Source: Chara braunii (Eukaryota; Plantae; Charophyceae). Taken from it: a DNA stretch of 64,000 nt. How positions within the stretch are numbered: the first letter of the stretch is position 1; each line of letters begins with the position of its first letter. Below, piece after piece: positions 61,670 through 64,000 of the stretch. The stretch covers positions 5,118,435 to 5,182,434 of the forward strand of contig BFEA01000025.1 of NCBI GenBank assembly GCA_003427395.1. The letters run 5' to 3'. The notes under the pieces were generated by a model. That model saw only the letters and a list, made by a program, of their open reading frames with translations. It was not told the origin of the DNA and did not search any database. The position numbers and the translations under genes were made by a program.

Positions 61670-64000
61670 TTAAACATGTCAGGGCGACTAGACATTGTTT
61701 CTAAGCTGAATGGTCTAGTCATATGCCCAAAGAAGAGAAAGTTGTTGTGCCCTTTGTTTGTGTATACTCAATGGCTGAGGTAGACATGTTCCATAAGTTT
61801 GGGTGGTCTAGCTTTATGTCTTATTTAAGCTGGGTATAAAATAAAAAATCATTGAAATACTATGAACTATTGGTTTACAAGGTTGACTTTGGGTTAGTGA
61901 GAGTACTTACCTTTGTGGTTTGACCTTGGATGTGGCTGAGTGAGATCACTACTTAGTCTGAGTTTCAGTTTGGACAAGTAGTTGCTTTAGGTGCTCGCCA
62001 CGTGCTAGAGCGATAGGAGTTAGTTCAATTTTCGCATTTTCTAAGCTAATTTTATTTTACTAAGGTCAATTATCGCATTTTCTGGGATCATTTTTTATAC
62101 TTGGCTTCGTATAAATCTTGGTAAGCTACTTTCTCTATGGGGAGCGCTGCCGAAATTTATGTAAATCCAAGGAGTTAGTTAGCAGTTACTGAGTAACGTG
62201 TATTTTAGAACATCAGGCCCCGCCGTGCACGCACGGCCTCGAACCGGCACCCTCAGCCTCACGAACGAAGTCTCGTAACCACTACAACCCTTGGAGGTGT
62301 TATAAAAACTGGATTCATTCCGGTCGTGATATACAACCCACCTCCAGGGCTGTAGCATCCTTGAACTCACACCACACACACACAACACCACACCATGGAC
62401 ACGACAATCAACACACTCCGCTCGGACAACACACAGCCCCACCACCGCTACTTAACCTGGTCACTCTAAGGCGGGCCAACTGCCCGCGGCTTCCACAGGC
62501 GTCTTCACAGTAGTTACTGAACAACGTGTATTTTAGGGCATCAGGCCCCGCCGTGCACGCACGGCCTCGAACCGGCACCTTCAGCCTCACGAACGAAGTC
62601 TCGTAACCACTACATCCCTTAGTCAAATTTTGACTTTTCAAAAGTTCAGTTTGTCTAAATTTTACATATAGCTTAGTAAAAATTTGGAAAGACTTCTTTT
62701 CTAAAGGGAATGTTGCCCAAATTTTTACTAATTCCAGAAGTTAGACAAAATTGAATCTTGAGAAGTCAAAGTTATTTTAGGTTCTGAACTTAACTTTGTA
62801 TGAATCTGTGAAGTTTCCTTTTCTAAAGGGACCGCTGCCCAAATTTTTACAGATCTAAGGAGTTAGTTAAATTTTGTCTTAAGTTAAACTCGAGTTTTTT
62901 TTTGAGTTCACATCTGACTATGTCTTAAGTTAAACTCGAGTTTTGTTTTGAGTTTGCATCTGACTTAGTATAAATTTGAGAAGTCTCCGTTTCTAAAGGG
63001 AGCGCTGCCCAAATTTTTACTAATTCAGAGAGTTAAACAAAATTTGACTTTCCAATAATTAGATAATATTTCAATTTTTATATTCGAGCTTAGTATAAAT
63101 TCTGGAAAAAAACATTTTTCCTACGGGAAGCGCTGCCGAAGTTTTCCTAGTTTAAATGAGATAGGTTATATTTTAACAGAGAGCGATTCTAGCGATTCAC
63201 TCTGTATAGAGGAGATTTTGCCAAAAATCTACCTTTTCTTGGGCGCTTGCTTAGAGGTAGGCTTAGGCTTAGTTAAGTAGAATGATTTTGACAAAAACCG
63301 TGATATCGGGGATTATTCTCCATAGACTTATAGAGTTAGCTTAGGGATTGACCTGTCTTGTGTCACGGATCCTCTTGCTTGATTGATTTAGAATTTGGGT
63401 TAGATTCAATCTGATCCTACAAAGATCATCATCTTTTATCACAAATAACAGGTCGGTTGCCGATTCGTCGGTCTACGACTCAACTCAAATTCATTCTCAA
63501 TACTCAACCTAAACAGCTTCAGTCCTGGTGGTTTCTATTGTTTTGTTGAGGTTTTCACCCGAATTTTTATTGAATGACCATTTAACGAACGTGTTCAGTA
63601 TTTATTTCTGGAAGGTTGGACAAAAGTTGAGGATTGCATGGCTAAAGCAAGGGGTATAAGTATAGAGAGTGGTTGAAGTTGATCATGTGTAGTGCGTGGA
63701 CTTTTGTTGACTCTTTGATATGATTGCATGTATGTTTTGTGGTGCGGATTTTGAATTTGATTGTCTGCGATCACATACATATATATGGTTGAGAGGAGTC
63801 CCACATTGATTGTGATAAGTGATCGTCACATATTTATTCTCATATACATACATATGTACATACCTAAGTTTGGGTGTTCGCATGGCCTAAGGAGTCAACG
63901 CTTAAGGGTTTAATTGGGGTAGAGATTGAGAAAGAAAATGAGATTTCCTTTCTTTACAGTTTTGCTTCTTAAAAAGTTTCTTAGTCGGACGTTGGTCCTG
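61670..64000 (-). mobile_element. Inverted diverged copy of 51159-52870 (same family as the 7.1-kb insertion), runs off the window end
   Basis: Reverse complement matches caggaccaacgtccgact, ccatatatatgtatgtgatcgcag, ctaagtagtgatctcact, tagtcgccctga. Confidence 0.9.
62180..62618 (-). mobile_element. 439-bp element bounded by ~107-bp tRNA-like direct repeats, TSD ttagt
   Basis: Repeats at 62185-62290 and 62512-62618; absent from the paralogous site near 52375. Confidence 0.8.

Overview
Eukaryotic, repeat-rich nuclear DNA; gene structure and repeat content suggest a streptophyte alga such as Chara (inference). Bases 1299-46170 hold one minus-strand gene encoding the spliceosomal U2AF large subunit (U2AF65). 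I reconstructed it by hand as 19 GT-AG coding exons with consistent phases: 1950 nt, 649 aa, RS domain - ULM-like motif - RRM1 - RRM2 - UHM. Its introns contain MITEs, tRNA-derived SINEs, minisatellites, duplicated splice sites, a cluster of unused strong 3' splice sites with candidate poison exons (introns 4-5), and a sense-oriented 3'-truncated U2 snRNA copy (intron 2). Intron 1 also carries a Nextera/Tn5 adapter, so the assembly there is suspect. Beyond ~47.5 kb lies a transposon nest. A decayed Penelope-like element (hammerhead relic, zinc-knuckle ORF1, N-terminal GIY-YIG ORF2) is split by a 7.1-kb TG..CA insertion carrying LSU rRNA- and tRNA-like fragments. An inverted relative of that insertion sits at the window end and hosts a small element bounded by tRNA-like direct repeats. 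Almost all ORFs in the supplied track are spurious. All homology calls are from recognition, not database searches.
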